Assembly: GCF_009914755.1 (NCBI RefSeq)
Contig: NC_060926.1
DNA: 64,000 nucleotides
Source of the DNA: the human T2T-CHM13v2.0 reference genome, Homo sapiens
Direction: 5' to 3' (one strand)
In this document: positions 1 to 16,887 of the stretch, one piece after another
Layout: each line of letters opens with the position of its first letter
How positions within the stretch are numbered: the stretch's first letter is position 1
The notes under the pieces: generated by a model
Databases searched by the model: none
What the model saw: only the letters and a program-made list of their open reading frames with translations
Told to the model about the DNA's origin: nothing
Translations under genes and position numbers: made by a program

Positions 1-132
1 ATGATAGGATAGATTGTGATAGTTATCAGCCATTTAAAAACTCAATATAATTGCTAAAATAACAATTTTCAGTAGATGGCTGGAATAATTGTTGAAGAGC
101 TTTTTCAGAATGTATGGCAATAAACTGATAGA

Positions 133-664
133 GATCCAGCAATTCTGCTTCTAGGTTTTTACCCAAAAGAATTGAAATCAGGGAATTAATCTGCATTTGC
201 ATAACCATGTTCATAGTAGTGTTACTCATAATAGCCAAAAATGGAAGCAAATCAAGTGTCTGTGGATAGATGAATAGATAAACAAAATGTAGTGTCTATA
301 TACAATGCAATAGTGTTCAGCCTTAAAAAGGAAGGACATTCTGACACACACTTAATGTGCATGACCTGTGAAAGCATTATGGTAAGTGAAATAAGCTATC
401 ACAAAAGTACAACTATTTTATGATTTCACTTATATGAGATACTTGAGTAGTCAAAATCATAAAAACAGAAAGTAGAATGGTAGTTGTCAGGGCCTGGCAG
501 GATAGGGGGAATAGGGCATTACTGTTTAGTGGATATAAAGTTTCATTTTGGAAAGATTAAACAGTTCTGGAGATGGGTGATGGTAATTACAGTACAAAAT
601 GTAAATGTACTTAATGTAAAGTGGTAAATTTTGTTATGTATATTTTGCCACACTTGAAAAAAAA
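133..664 (+). mobile_element. Old L1 (L1MB-like) 3' end
   Basis: Resembles the L1M ORF2 end and 3' UTR (gatccagcaattc...acccaaaagaattgaaa; ggagatgggtgatggtaattaca...aatgtacttaat), ending in an A-run. Subfamily from memory. Confidence 0.8.
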
Positions 665-669
665 TTGTG

Positions 670-949
670 AGCTGGCCACAGTGGCTCATGCCTGTAATCC
701 CAGCACTTTGAGAGGCCAAGGCAGATGGATTGCTTGAGCTCAGGACTTCAAGACCAGCCTGGGCAACATGGCAAGGCTCTGTCTCTATAAAAAATATAAA
801 ACTTAGCTGGGCATCGTGATGCATGCCTGTAGCCCTAACGACAGGGGAGACTGAGGTGGGAGGATCGCTTGGGCCGTAGTGAGCTGTGATGGCACCACTA
901 CACTCTAGCCTGGGTGACAGAGCAAGACTTGTCTAAAAAAAAAAAAAAA
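670..949 (+). mobile_element. AluJ with a small internal deletion in the right arm
   Basis: Dimeric Alu with J-type positions (ttgagctcagg, gggcaacatgg, aggatcgcttg) and a poly-A tail. Degenerate TSD gaaaaaaaattgtga / gaaaagaaaatggtga. Confidence 0.93.
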
Positions 950-1454
950 GGGAAAAGAAAATGGTGATACATACTAGTAGGAAAACCGTTAAGACAGAAA
1001 TACTCAAATAAATTTATTTTTGAAAATAAATTTTAGAAGAAAATTACATGAATGGAAGAAAATAATTGAAGAAATAAGAAATAAAATTTTCCAGAACTGA
1101 GGAAAGACTACTTGCTAATAATAATGAATTTAAAGAAACACGTCCAAATGTGTCATGAAAAATTTACAAAGAAACAGGATCAGGTTGACATTGGACAGGG
1201 ATTCTGAAACCTAGAATTCGATGAAGCAAAGACTTCCTATTTTTGAAAGTGTTGCACCTAGAAATTTGTTTTTGTTTTTAGTACTTTTGTTTTTAAATGT
1301 GCAATAAATTCACTCATTCTCTTTGTAAACATTTGAATGGTATTTACAAAATCTCGACATGCTTCTGTTAACATGCTAAAATATATTGTGCATACCAGAA
1401 AGGTATGATATGGTTTCTGCCTTCAAGAACTTACAGCCAAATTTGAAAGACTAG

Positions 1455-4396
<2,942 letters not shown>

Positions 4397-4436
4397 TGTA
4401 ATCTTTTACCTACTGAAATTGTAAGGGCAAGATTCA

Positions 4437-5143
<707 letters not shown>

Positions 5144-5546
5144 TTAATCCTTGGAAGATTATCTTTTTATTGTTAGAAGGCTGGTGACTTTAGATGATAG
5201 CATCTTATGTATGGATTCAACCATAATTCGCTTTGTGGAAATATTTTTATTGTTGTAAGACTGCAAATGTCACTTACTGGTTTTCAGTTTTAGAACCAAG
5301 AAGAGCATGGAAAAATCATAGTTACATAGAAAAGCAAATACAACTTTCGCAATAATAAAAGCAAACCTATTTGAGAGATTTTGAGAGAGAAAGATCAAGA
5401 GAAGAAAGGAATGGGGGAAATTATAGGGTTGCTACCTTATTGAGCAGGTGGAGATAATATCTAAAATTGTTGGATCAAGACATAAATGTTTTGGTAATTT
5501 ATTAAAACTATTTATCTATCTATATCTAAATCTATATCTATAATAT

Positions 5547-6266
5547 TGAAGTAAGAGGCAGGACTGGGACACCAGACCAAATTGAGGACTAGCTAAAATA
5601 GTTCTGGGGTGGAAATAGCTTTCCATAAGACATGTCTACTAGTGTGCCATGTCAGTTTACCATTTCCTTGGCAACGTCTGGAAGTTACTTCCTCTTTCCA
5701 TGGCAATGACCCAATGACCTGGAAGTTATCATCCTCATCCTAGACATTTCTGCATAAACCACTCCTTACTTTGCATATAATTAAAAGTGAGTATAAGTAT
5801 GAGTGCAGAACTGCCTCTAAGCTGCCATTCTGGGCACATCGCCTATGAGGGATCCCTGCTCACAAGGAGCAGCACCTCTGCTCCTACTGTGTGCATTGCC
5901 GCTTCAATAAAAGTTGCTGTTTAACACCACCAGCTCGCCCTCGAATTCTTTCCTTGAGAGCTTGTTCGGAGGTTCTAGCAGGGGAGCGCAGCTACTCGTG
6001 TACCCTTGACCGAAGTCCGGTCCTCCTCTATCGGGGATGGTCGTCCTCTTCGACCGAGCGCGCAGCTTCGGGAGGGACGCACATGGAGCGGTGAGGGAGG
6101 AAGGGGACACCCGCCTAGCCAGCCAGATCAGCCGAATCAACCCTGGCGATCAATGGGGTAACAGATGTCGCAGCCAGATCGCCCTCACATCCGAATTGTT
6201 TCCTAGATGAATCCAAGAACTCTCCGAAGCTAAGCCTCAATTATGGGGCTTGCCTGTCCTGCATCA
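5547..6266 (+). mobile_element. MER41-family solo LTR (ERV1), interrupted by a 7SK retrocopy
   Basis: TG...CA termini; 4-bp TSD atat/gtat; MER41-type motifs (gccatgtcagtttac, ggcaac..ggaagttac, ggggcttgcctgtcctgcatca); AATAAA at 5906-5911. Confidence 0.85.
5952..6192 (-). pseudogene. 7SK snRNA retropseudogene (nt 1-241, 3'-truncated, no poly-A)
   Basis: Reverse complement reads GGATGTGAGGGCGATCTGGCTGCGACATCTG...AAGCTCTCAAGG. Four differences from recalled human RN7SK (5967, 6000, 6016, 6160). TSD GAATTCTTTCCT (5943-5954) / GAATTGTTTCCT (6193-6204). Confidence 0.97.
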
Positions 6267-7784
6267 GTATTATCATCATCATCTATCTAAAATTTTAGAA
6301 AGGTAGAAGGTCGTGTATAGGACAGATTTTCCGTTATTCACAGCATGGTGTCAATAGAGATTGTTTACTTATAAGAAATCAAGCTATATGTGAAAAATCA
6401 TATTGTAAAAGGAAAAGTAAGCCTCAAGACAACCATAACAAGAATAATCCAAAGTGTTACCTTGAGGGTACACAAGGGTAGAACATTTGGCTGCAAAGTG
6501 GTACCACTAAAGCATGTGAAGGGAGTGGATTTCGAACAGAGGTTATAATTTTATAACTTGATGTTTTAATATGATATAAAATTGTTATCAGTTTAATACA
6601 ATTTATTTTAGGGTTTAAAAGGTAAATTTTTAATAACAGTTATGACAAGGGAAAAAATAGAAGCAGAAATATGCATGAAAAAATTAGGTTCAAAAGACTC
6701 ATCATTTGCAATAATTGTTTTTGACCAAAAAAAAAACAACACTTACGCTCAAGGTGATGTTTTCAGTGAAAGAACTATTTGCAATACATTCATTTTCTTC
6801 TCATTAGTTCTGCCTCCCAATTAACTTGTAATTTTGTGTTCTAGGAAAGGTACTGAAGTTAAGTGTTTTTTTTTTTTTTAAGTATCAGGAGATGCAAAAC
6901 CGCAAAAGAGAGACGTTATGTGTTAGTTCTTTTTATTTCACTTCCTTCTTTTCACATAGCAAGCAAATGATCCAGAAAAAAAAAAATAACTAAATAAACT
7001 TCATATGGAATAAAAAGCAGAATTTTGTTTACTAGTTAAAGGAGAAATAACACTCTTTGTTGAGACCCATAAAGGTAAATTTTGTTTCTGTCAGAATCCT
7101 CTGCTTTCTGAATTTTTCCATTTGTCCAAAGTAAAATAGCTTAAATGTTTGGAGAAGCACCCTCCGTAAGAACTACACTATGATTTTTAATATTAAAAAT
7201 ATTCAGCTTATCGAGAATTATTTGCCTAGTAATCGGCTAGGAAAAACTATTTTTTAATAAAATTATTTTAAATGTCATTATGCATTGTTTTTCTGGTACA
7301 TAAAACATAATATAAAATTGTGCATTTAAGGAAGTAGAATACTAAGCTCTTCAGAAAAATTTTATAGAAATCATACAAAAATACCATGTGCTTCCCAAGA
7401 AATGTAAAGTGAAATGGCATTGTCTCTAGTTTTCTGTTCTTCATGCTCCTTTTTTTTTATTCTTGTCTAGATTCCTTTAACCTAAACTTGTTTTATCCTT
7501 CTCAAAAATTCTTAACGTTTTAGTCACATAATTTTACTTTTGAATTTGAGAATAATTTGTTTTTTGGTAACGCCTGCTACATTTGCAGTAAAAAAGTTAC
7601 TAAGTTTGTTTTAATTTAAACTACCCCCTAAAACTGCCAATTAATCATTAATATATCCATCTGATACCTATTTTACTGCAGTGAAAAAGTATTGATGATC
7701 TTGTACAAGAGTGTAGTCTACCTTCCCCTCCCTCCATCACTTTTAATTCAGATCCTATTTTGTCCCTCTCTCCAATCTATTATT

Positions 7785-8120
7785 GTCATTACTGAAGCCT
7801 CCTTGCTGAGTCTTGAAAAGGCTAAACAAAGCACATTAACATTTCCTGTGCTTGGGAACTTTGCTCCAGATTCTCATGTGCCTCACTCCCCATTTCTTTC
7901 CTTCATCAGAGAGACTTTCCCCATCACCCTTCTCACATTGCTCCTACCCCACCAGGATCAATTCACTGAGCCCTGCTTCCCTCTGTCTTCCTTAAATTGC
8001 TTTAATTTTCTTTGCAACACATATCCTCTGGCCTTGTACATTTTATTTGTTTTATATGCTGTTACTTTCCTCCTACCAGCATGTTAACACCTGGAAAGTA
8101 GATGGCTACGTTCGGTTCAC
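7785..8120 (+). mobile_element. L2 3' fragment
   Basis: Pyrimidine-rich L2-type text (gcctccttgctg...cagagagactttcccc). An L2 terminus-like gctcaataaatatctgtt occurs near 8490-8510. Confidence 0.55.
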
Positions 8121-9741
8121 TGCTTTTTGAGATGGCTAAAAGCAACATGATAAAGGATCCTCAGTTTCCCTGTTGCCTCTTCTACCCTACTGTTTTCCCT
8201 CCCCTCCCTCCTTTCTTTTTTACACCAATAATCACAAGCAAGTGTCGAGAAAAGAGGAATCAGGGCAAGTCTGGGTCACAGACAACAATAACTTCTTGAG
8301 CTAAAACCACAAAAAAACATAATTGACCATCCTCTAGTCCATAAAAACAATGACCTTGCATTAATCTGGATGTTACCTGGATTCCCCTTGATATGCCACA
8401 GTTCCTCAATGCTGTTAACCTCTATTCAAGTCACTGAAATAATTTTCTTTTGATATCTTGCTCCTTGAAGAGTGTCACATATATAATAGGGGCTCAATAA
8501 ATATCTGTTAAAAAATATTTGTTTGTATCCTTCCTGTTGGAATCATAATGTCCATACCATTTGAAGCAAACTTTTTACTGCCTATCTAATTTCATTTCAT
8601 TAAATTTTTCTCTCCTATGGCATACTTTTAATAGTTATATATTCTACTTATGAACATAAAATTTCTTCATCCAGTTTCTCTTAGATGTTATTGCTGTTAT
8701 GAATAATGCTGCTGTGAATTGCATGTAGCTGAAATTTTGACCTCACCCTTGGCATCCCTTCATGAGGCCTAAACTCCTCTAGATCACACCACTGTGTGTA
8801 TGTGTGTGTCCATACTGTCTCGTAAAGCAGTTGAGATTAGTAGGTATTAGCTATAAAGCTGTACAGCTTATAAATAGCAACTTGAAATTTTGCTACTACA
8901 TTTAGTTTAGTATTTAAGAGTATGATAGGCATATTACTACCTATTTCAAACATGATTACTGGGAAAGATACATTTCCTGGCTGAACTAGAGACTGTTGAA
9001 CAATTCTGCAAACTGTTCTGTGCCATTAAATTGATCCAAGATCTGCCCAGTGTGGTGAGAAAATAATCCACAAATCCCCTTGCCTCTTTTTCTTGTGACC
9101 TTCCTACTTTTTTCATATACTTCTATCCATAATGTGTTATCTGTTTCTTTGTTAATAAAAAATATGCACTTTTAGCTTATTTCTGGAGTTAAAATGCTAG
9201 TTCTTAAGAAAACAGTATTTCTCTTTGGGAATAAATTTCTAGGAGTGTAATACTGGGTCAAGGAGCGTGATTTGGATAAATGTCAACAAACTGACTTTCA
9301 ACTGAGTGTCTGAATTTATTCTCCCACATTTATGTTATATGGTGCCATCCTCCCTCACTTTGATAAACAGTGTTTATCATTCTTTTTCACATTTTCTAAT
9401 GAAATTTCCTTCTTATCGTAATTTTTATTTGATTACTTTTGAGATGGAACACTTTTATACATGCTTGCTGGGCATTTTTCAGTCTTTCAGAAATTGTCTA
9501 TTCAATCTGTAGGTAATTTGCTTTTGGTTTTTAGTTTGTTCTACTTAAGGAATGTGTTGCAAATATTTTGTGGCATGTTGCCTGCCTTTGATGTTTTTGG
9601 TATTTTTTTTTTTTTACCTAGACAATATTTAAATTTTATTTATGTCAAATCTGGCTGTTTACTTTGGGATTTCCCTTTCCCACCTGACCCCCAGCTTGGG
9701 TATAGGTTTAGGCTAGCTTCCTCCATCTTTCGCTTGCACAT

Positions 9742-10108
9742 TGTACTAGTCCGCTTGGGCTGCCATAACAAAATGCCACCAACTGGATGGATTAAGCAGC
9801 AGAAGTTTATATGCCCACAGTTGTGGAGGATGATAGTTCCAAACTGAGGTACCCTTAGGGCTGGTTTCTGGTGAGACTGCTCTTCCTTGTTTGCAGAGAC
9901 TGCCTCCTTGCTGTGATATCATATGGTCTTTCCTCTGTGTGCACAGAGATAAGGATCTCTGGTGTTTCTTCCTTTTCTTATGAAGACACCAGATTAAGGT
10001 CCACCCATATGGCCTCATTTAACCTTAAGTAAAGCTAAGGCTTTAAAGGCCCTACCTCCAAATACATCACATTAGGGTTAGGGCTTCTATATGATTCAAT
10101 CCAAAGCA
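9742..10108 (-). mobile_element. MLT1A-type MaLR solo LTR
   Basis: tgtactagtccgcttgggctgccataacaaaat... with a perfect 5-bp TSD cacat (9737-9741 / 10109-10113). Confidence 0.9.
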
Positions 10109-11294
10109 CACATACATCCATCTGTATATTCTAATGGCAGTTTTGGCTTCAATATCTTAAATTTCAATATTTAATCTACCTGGGGATTGATTCTTTTTTG
10201 CAGTGCCTTAGTTAAGAAGTTACTTTTGTTTTGTCCCAGTATCTGTAGCTGAACAACCCAGAATTTCTTTACTGTTATAAAAGTCATCTAAATCATTAAC
10301 TTTTCTAGCATAACTAAATTTTCTCTTTCTCATACATTCATCTATTTCTTACCTTTCTTTTACTTAATTGATCTGTTGATTCCTGTAGAAGTACTACCTC
10401 ATTTTAGTTATTATTGTAGTGTAGCTCATAAAAGTATTTCTCATTATTGTTTTCAAACATTTCTTGATTTTTACTATTCTCATTCCTTTGTTGGTCCAGA
10501 TGAACACTTGAATTTAATTAGGTTCCCTTACTTGCATTACGATTAAACATTACTTTCATTTTTGAAAAGCAATCCATTCTTATTATCGAAATATAAGCAA
10601 AAAAGAAAATGAAGAAAGCAGAAGAAATATATCTTCCTTAACCTATCAATCTCTATGTATCTATCCACACATTTACCTACTTATCTTCCTAAATAGAATT
10701 TTTGTTGAAAACCATCATATATAACTTTTTGTAATCCTAAATATCTCAAAATGAGAGTCACTTATGACAACTGACTCAGTCCACAGTGAAACTGCATACA
10801 TCTCAAAGTGATAAACATATGTATAAGGGACTGAGGTGATAACACCTACTATGGCCAGGTACTCCCATGACCCCACCACAGAAGGTGAAGCCAAAAGGTG
10901 GCTGAGGTACACCATGGACACTCCTGTGAAGGGACATAAAAACAGCAAAGAAACTGACCATGGTGAGACACCTGCAGGAGCTCTGCCCCTGGAAACTCTG
11001 AGGCCTCCTCTTAATATAGGCTGTGTTTTCCAGAGAAATCTAAAACTGCTTGGTCTCCCAAGTTACTCACCATGTTTCTTTCTTCTTTTCTCTTATCCTG
11101 TGTGTGTGTATTGAATGTATTTGCATGGTTATCAGTGTGTGAAAGCCTGGCAATAAACCGTGAATTTGAAAGCATTTAATTGGCCACTGAGTCATTTTGA
11201 AACTTCTTAGCTTTTGGTCAAAGTTAGCACAATTAGGTTGATTCAAACCTGACTGGATGCCCCTCCCCGACCCACTGCCTCCAAGAAAGAACAC

Positions 11295-13866
11295 TCTAGG
11301 GCTGGATGGCTTTACTGTTTAATTTTTCGAATATTTAAGGAGGAATTAATATCAATTCAATAGATATTTCTTCAAAAAATAGAAGAAATGGAAGGCTTCT
11401 TAGTTTATATTGTGAGGCCAGATTTACTGTAATACCTAACTCAGACAAAAACATTTAAGCAATTAAATCCACAGGATGAGCTCGCTTAAACCTAAATGAA
11501 AAAATTTCAACAAAATATCAGCTAATACAATCTAGCAAGATATAAAAAGGATAATATATCACTAAAATGTGAAATTTATCCCAGGAATGCAAAGCTAGTA
11601 TAACATTGAAAAATCACTCAGTGTATTTCATCATCTCAACAGACCAAAAAAAAGGAAGCTGTATGATCATCTGAAGAGATACGGAAAGAGCCTTCAACAA
11701 AATTCAATATCTACTTATGATAAAAATCCTCAGTAAACTAAGTATAGAAGGCTACTTCCTCAATCTGATAAGGGCATGTATGAAAACCCTACAGCTACCA
11801 TCATACTGAATGCTGAAAAACTAAATTATTTTACAATAAGAATGGAAAAGAGAAATGAGTTCCTCTCTTATCCTCCTACTGGACACCTTTACTAAGCTCT
11901 TGGCCAGTGTAAGAAGGCAAAATGAGTAAATAAATAAGTGGATACTGACTGTAAAAGAAGGAGTAAAACACCCATTTATGGACATGATCGTGTACATAGA
12001 AAACCCCAAAGAATCTCACAAAAGCTCCTGGAACCAAAAAGTGAGTCTAGCTATGTCACAATACATAAGGCCAACAATAAAAAATCAAGTGTATTGCTCT
12101 GTACAAACAATGCCTCATTGGATATTGAAATACAAAAACAGTATCAATAGAATAAGGCCAATACTTTTAAGTCTGTCATAATATGAGCAGCATGTGCATG
12201 CTGAAAATTATAAAACACTGATGAAAAAATGAAATAAAGATTTTGTAAATAGAAAAATATACTGTGTTTATTAATTGGAACACTTAATATTGCTAAAATG
12301 TTAGTTCTTTCCATATTAACCTATAAAGTTAACAGAATCCAATCAAAATCACAGAAAACTATTTTATAGATAATGACAAGCTGATTTTAAAATCTATATA
12401 AAAAGACAAAAGAACTGAAATACTTTTGAACAAGAAGAACAAGATCAGAAGGCTAACAATATGTAATTTCAAAACTTACTATAAAACTACAGCAATCAAA
12501 ACTGGTATGTTTGAAGAAATAGTCACATAGATTAATAAAAGAGAACAGTAAGCACGGAGTAAGACCCATATGCATTGTATGAGATAATATTTGGCAAAAT
12601 TGCAAAGATAAAGGATACTCAAACAAATGGTGCTAGAACATTAAAAGAAAAGTTGAACTTTGCCCTTTAACTTCAAACATTAAACAATAATCAACTCAAA
12701 TTGAATCATAAATCTAAAGTAAGATTTAAAATTATAAAACTATTGGATAAAAACATAGAAGAAAATCTGTGAGTCATTGTATTAGGCAAAGTTTTCATAG
12801 ATATGACACCCAAAACACATTCCATATAATCAAAAAATTAAGCATGCCCCCTAAAACAAAATATTGAAAAATATAAGGTCTTCAAAACTAAGAAAACTTC
12901 TTTTTGAAAGATGCTGCTCAGAGAAGAAAAACCAAGCTACAAAGAGAATATATATGCAAATTCTATCAAGCTAAATAATTAAAAAACAAACAGCTGATTG
13001 GCAAATGGACCAATGGTTTGAACAGACACTTCACCAAAGAAGATATACAGATGGCAAACTAGCACATGAAAAGATGCTCAAATAGTCAGTAGGAAAATGC
13101 AAATTAAAAATTACAATGAGACATCACGCATACACATTGGAACAGCTGAACAAAACAGAATAAAACAACAAACTGACAATACCAAGTGCTGCTGAGGATG
13201 TAGAGCATTTGCAATCCTCATGTGTTATTGGTGGGAATGCAAAATGGTATAGCCACTTTGGAAAACCATTGGCTGTGTCTTATAAAGTTAAATATACACT
13301 TGCTCTATGACTTAGCCAGCCATTCCGGACCTAAGTAATTACTGAAAAGAAATGAGAAGTTACAGTCACACAAACATCTTTATGCAAATATTAGTAGTGG
13401 CTTTGTTTGTAATGTCAAAAAGTAAAAACAAATTCCAAATATATTTCAACTTAGGAAAAGATAAGAAAACTGTGATACATCCATATAATAGAATACCATT
13501 CAGCAATGAAATAGAGTATACTGATGAAAGCTACAGCACTGATGAATACTAAATGCATTATTATACTAAGCGAAAGAAGTCAGACTCAAAACACTACATA
13601 TTTCTAATTTTATTTACATGACATTCCACCGAGACACAAACAAATGAGTAGTTAACAGATATTGAAATGATGGGAGGGGTTAACTACATAGAGTCAAAAC
13701 TAGGGAATTGGGGAAAATGATGGGACTTTTCTTTATATTAATTGTGGTAATAGTTACCTGATTACACACATTTGTCTAAATTCAGAACACTACAATAAAA
13801 AGAGTGCATTTCTCCTTATGGAAATTTTAAAAGTACATAAAATACAATAAAGAAAAAATAAAAAAG
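11295..13866 (+). mobile_element. Old L1 (L1ME1-like) ORF2 and 3' UTR
   Basis: Decayed ORF2 (ORF 11978: MDMIVYIENPKES), aacagacacttcaccaaagaagatatacagatggc, L1ME-type 3' end and A tail. Confidence 0.88.
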
Positions 13867-14669
13867 ACTTGGGACAAACCAATAAGACTTAGTTGTGAGC
13901 AATCTAAGTATGATTATATCAGTGCACTAGCCTTTAAAAGTTTTTGGAAAATATATCAACAAAAATATACCTTCTTGTTTTCAAATGAATTTGGCAGGCC
14001 ATATACAAACTACTGTGGTATATTTCAAATCCCAAATAATGCTATTATAGGATCAAAAATTACTTTGGCATATATTTTTGCAGCAGTAACAAATATTTAT
14101 AATAAAATAGGTTTCTATTATGGCTAATTTTAATGGGAGTGTTATTTTGATGTTAATGGTGATGTTTACTGGCTAACATAAAATAGTTCTTTTTGGTCAT
14201 ATTAAATAAATACCATTCTATCACTGTTTTCCTAAAAAGATATTTTTGGAAATTATTTTGTATTCTGTTGTCTTCCTCTTAAAATTTATCCAATTGAACT
14301 GAAAGGTTTTCTACTCTGAGGTGATGTTATAATAAATTATATTTGTTCACATCATAATGTTACATATTCTTTGCTATTATGTATTTTGATATTATTTACC
14401 AACACTTTACTTAGGGGAAAAAAAGCAGACCATTTATTCAATCTAATTTTCTTGTCAGCTGGACCTCCAAGTAACTAAATTAATTATATTTGCTGAGAGA
14501 AACACACCTTATCCACAGAGGGCCCTTAACAGGAATTCTTTGGCAAAAAAGATTACCTATAATAAATAAGTAGAGGATCTATGAAGCATGTTTCCCTTCT
14601 GAATGTCACATTAACTATATAATATCTGGGGTATAAAATGGAGGTACTTTATCACTTAAATGCTCTTTG

Positions 14670-15361
14670 TGTTACAGGTAGTTAGATAGGCATGTGCAGG
14701 GCAGGAGAGGGCTCTTCTCCCCACCCACTAGGAATGTCAGGTGAAGGTTTGACAATTATCACACTACCTCTCTAAAGCCATGGAAAGACAATCTCCTTAT
14801 GATCCACAGCTATTAATATTAAAATGTTAATTAAATGCAGATGCCAGGGAGAAGAGACTTCCTGGGCACGCAGGGTTAAGAGACAAGATGGCGAGATATG
14901 ACCTTCCGGGAGCACTCTACCAGAACAGAAGAAAGCCTCAGATGGGCATACCTCTAACTTCCTAAACACAGTGCAGCATGCTCATTTCCCAAGGGTAAGG
15001 AGGATTGTGTGCATGTGGGAAGCCCACCCTAAAGGAAGAATCACGGGAAGGAGGGAGCCTATAAAGCCTTTGGATCAGGGTTAAACAGGGCACTTGACCT
15101 TCAGGAATTTGACTTTCAGGTGCCCACTTGCGTCTCTTCCAAATGAATTTTCCTTTCTTTTATTTACTAAAGCCTTTTAAAATAAACTTCCACTCCTGCT
15201 CTGAGACTTGTTTCAATCTCTTCTTCTGCCTTATGCCCCTGTATGATTCTACAGCAACTTCAATTCTTTCTTCTGAGGAGGCAAGAATTAAAGTTGCTGC
15301 AGGCACGTACAGATAAGCTGCCGGTAACTCAGGGTAACTCGGATAACTTCCACTAGTGACA
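14670..15361 (+). mobile_element. MER83/MER84-like solo LTR (ERV1)
   Basis: tgttacaggtagttagataggcatg... to ...gtgaca; TATAAA near 15060, AATAAA at 15181; TSD tttg/cttg. Confidence 0.8.
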
Positions 15362-15624
15362 CTTGGATATGACAAACGCAATGAAACCTAATGTTTTATT
15401 CTGAGACAGAGAGCATATGTCTGATGTGACAACAAAGAATTTGGAAGCCCTTGTGAAACTCTCTGGCTGCTTTGTCTGCCTCTGGATATCCAACATCCTA
15501 AATTATTGGTAAAGATTGATACTGGGTAAACTCTGATTCCTGTGAATCTGATGTGACAATTTTATCCTTTGTGTTAGCTCATCCTGTGAATTTATTAAAA
15601 TAATATAAAAGGAATAAAACATAG

Positions 15625-16570
15625 TATGATATTGTGAAATATATATTTGTTCTTAGTCCCTGGTTCCTGAGACAGACCTCCTAATATCCTTGTAGATAGG
15701 GATGCTAGGAGAATCTTTTTTTTTTTTTTTTAAATATTTGGTCTTGTCCCCATTTCCTGGAACCCAGCTTCTAAAACTTTTGAAATCTGTTAAGTGATTT
15801 AGTACTTTTTTATGATAGTGAGATACTCGGTAGCTGGAGACTCCTAGATGGCCTCAGGATAGAGGTTGCTCATCAGAGGAACCAACCATGTGAGTAGATG
15901 GTTAGAACTTTCAGTCCCATCTCCAACCTCCAACAAGAGTAGAGGGCCTGAAGGTTGAATTAATCACTGATGGCGAATAATATGAATCAATCATGCCTAT
16001 GTAATAAAGCCTCCATAAAAACCTAAAAGGACAGAGTTCAGGGAGCTTCCTGATAGCTGAACATGTGGCAGTTCCTAGAGGGTGGTGCACCTGGAGGAGG
16101 TATGAGGCACTGGCACCCCTTCTCTGACCAGGCCTTATGCATCTCTTCCATCTGGCTGTTAATCTGTATCCTTTGTAATATTCTTTATAATAAATCAGTA
16201 AACATAAGTGTTGTCTGGATTTCTGTGAGCTGTCCTAGTCAAATTAATTGAACCCAAGGAGGGGATCTCAAGAACCCCAGTTCACAGGGGATTGATCAGA
16301 AGCACAGGTCATAAGCTGGGGCTTGTGATTGCCAGCTGATGTGGGGGCTGTCTGGTGGGACTGAGTGCCTAACCTGTGGGATCTGATGCGATCTCCAGGT
16401 ACATACTGTCAGAATTGAATTGGATCACAGGGCACCCAGTTGGTGTCCACAGGCGAATTCCTTGGTGTTTGGGTAAAAACCTTCATAAATCTGGTGTCAG
16501 AAGTGTGCTGTATGATAAGTGAGTGTGAGTAGAAAAAACACTTTGGTCGGCTTTTCCGATTTCTAAGATA
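15625..16570 (+). mobile_element. MER21-family LTR
   Basis: MER21 motifs (gaaatatatatttg, aaccaaccatgtga..ggttagaactttcag, gtcagaattgaatt..cacccagttggtgtc); AATAAA near 16188. Confidence 0.85.
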
Positions 16571-16887
16571 TAGATAAACTGATAATAACAAAGTGAACAA
16601 GATGAGCTATCTTCAGATGAGGAATAGAAGAACATTTCTGAAAGAAAACTTACAGTGGAGTGGAGAAATAACTGGAGATTCTGACACACATGATACCTGT
16701 GGGATGAGTTATAGCAAAGGAGGTTAGTTTTACATTCAAGATGTCAGGGTGACTTGGGCTGTGAAAACATTGGTGTTTATATGGATGTTATTTGAGAATT
16801 TATATATGGAACAGTTGATCCCTTTTTTCACTCTTCTCCATACCATCCATAGAATCCTGAGAAGCCAGTAGGAATAGCAACATCAGT

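Noticed and set aside
5891-6140. GC-rich ORFs on both strands suggesting an exon
   Set aside because: They are translations of the 7SK retrocopy.
5952-6192. Functional RN7SK gene
   Set aside because: The last ~90 nt and the terminator are missing, it is flanked by a TSD inside an LTR, and no PSE/TATA is evident upstream.
8856-8869. 14-bp perfect palindrome AAGCTGTACAGCTT (also AT-rich palindromes at 1010-1033 and 4934-4956)
   Set aside because: Several palindromes of this size are expected by chance in 64 kb of AT-rich DNA.
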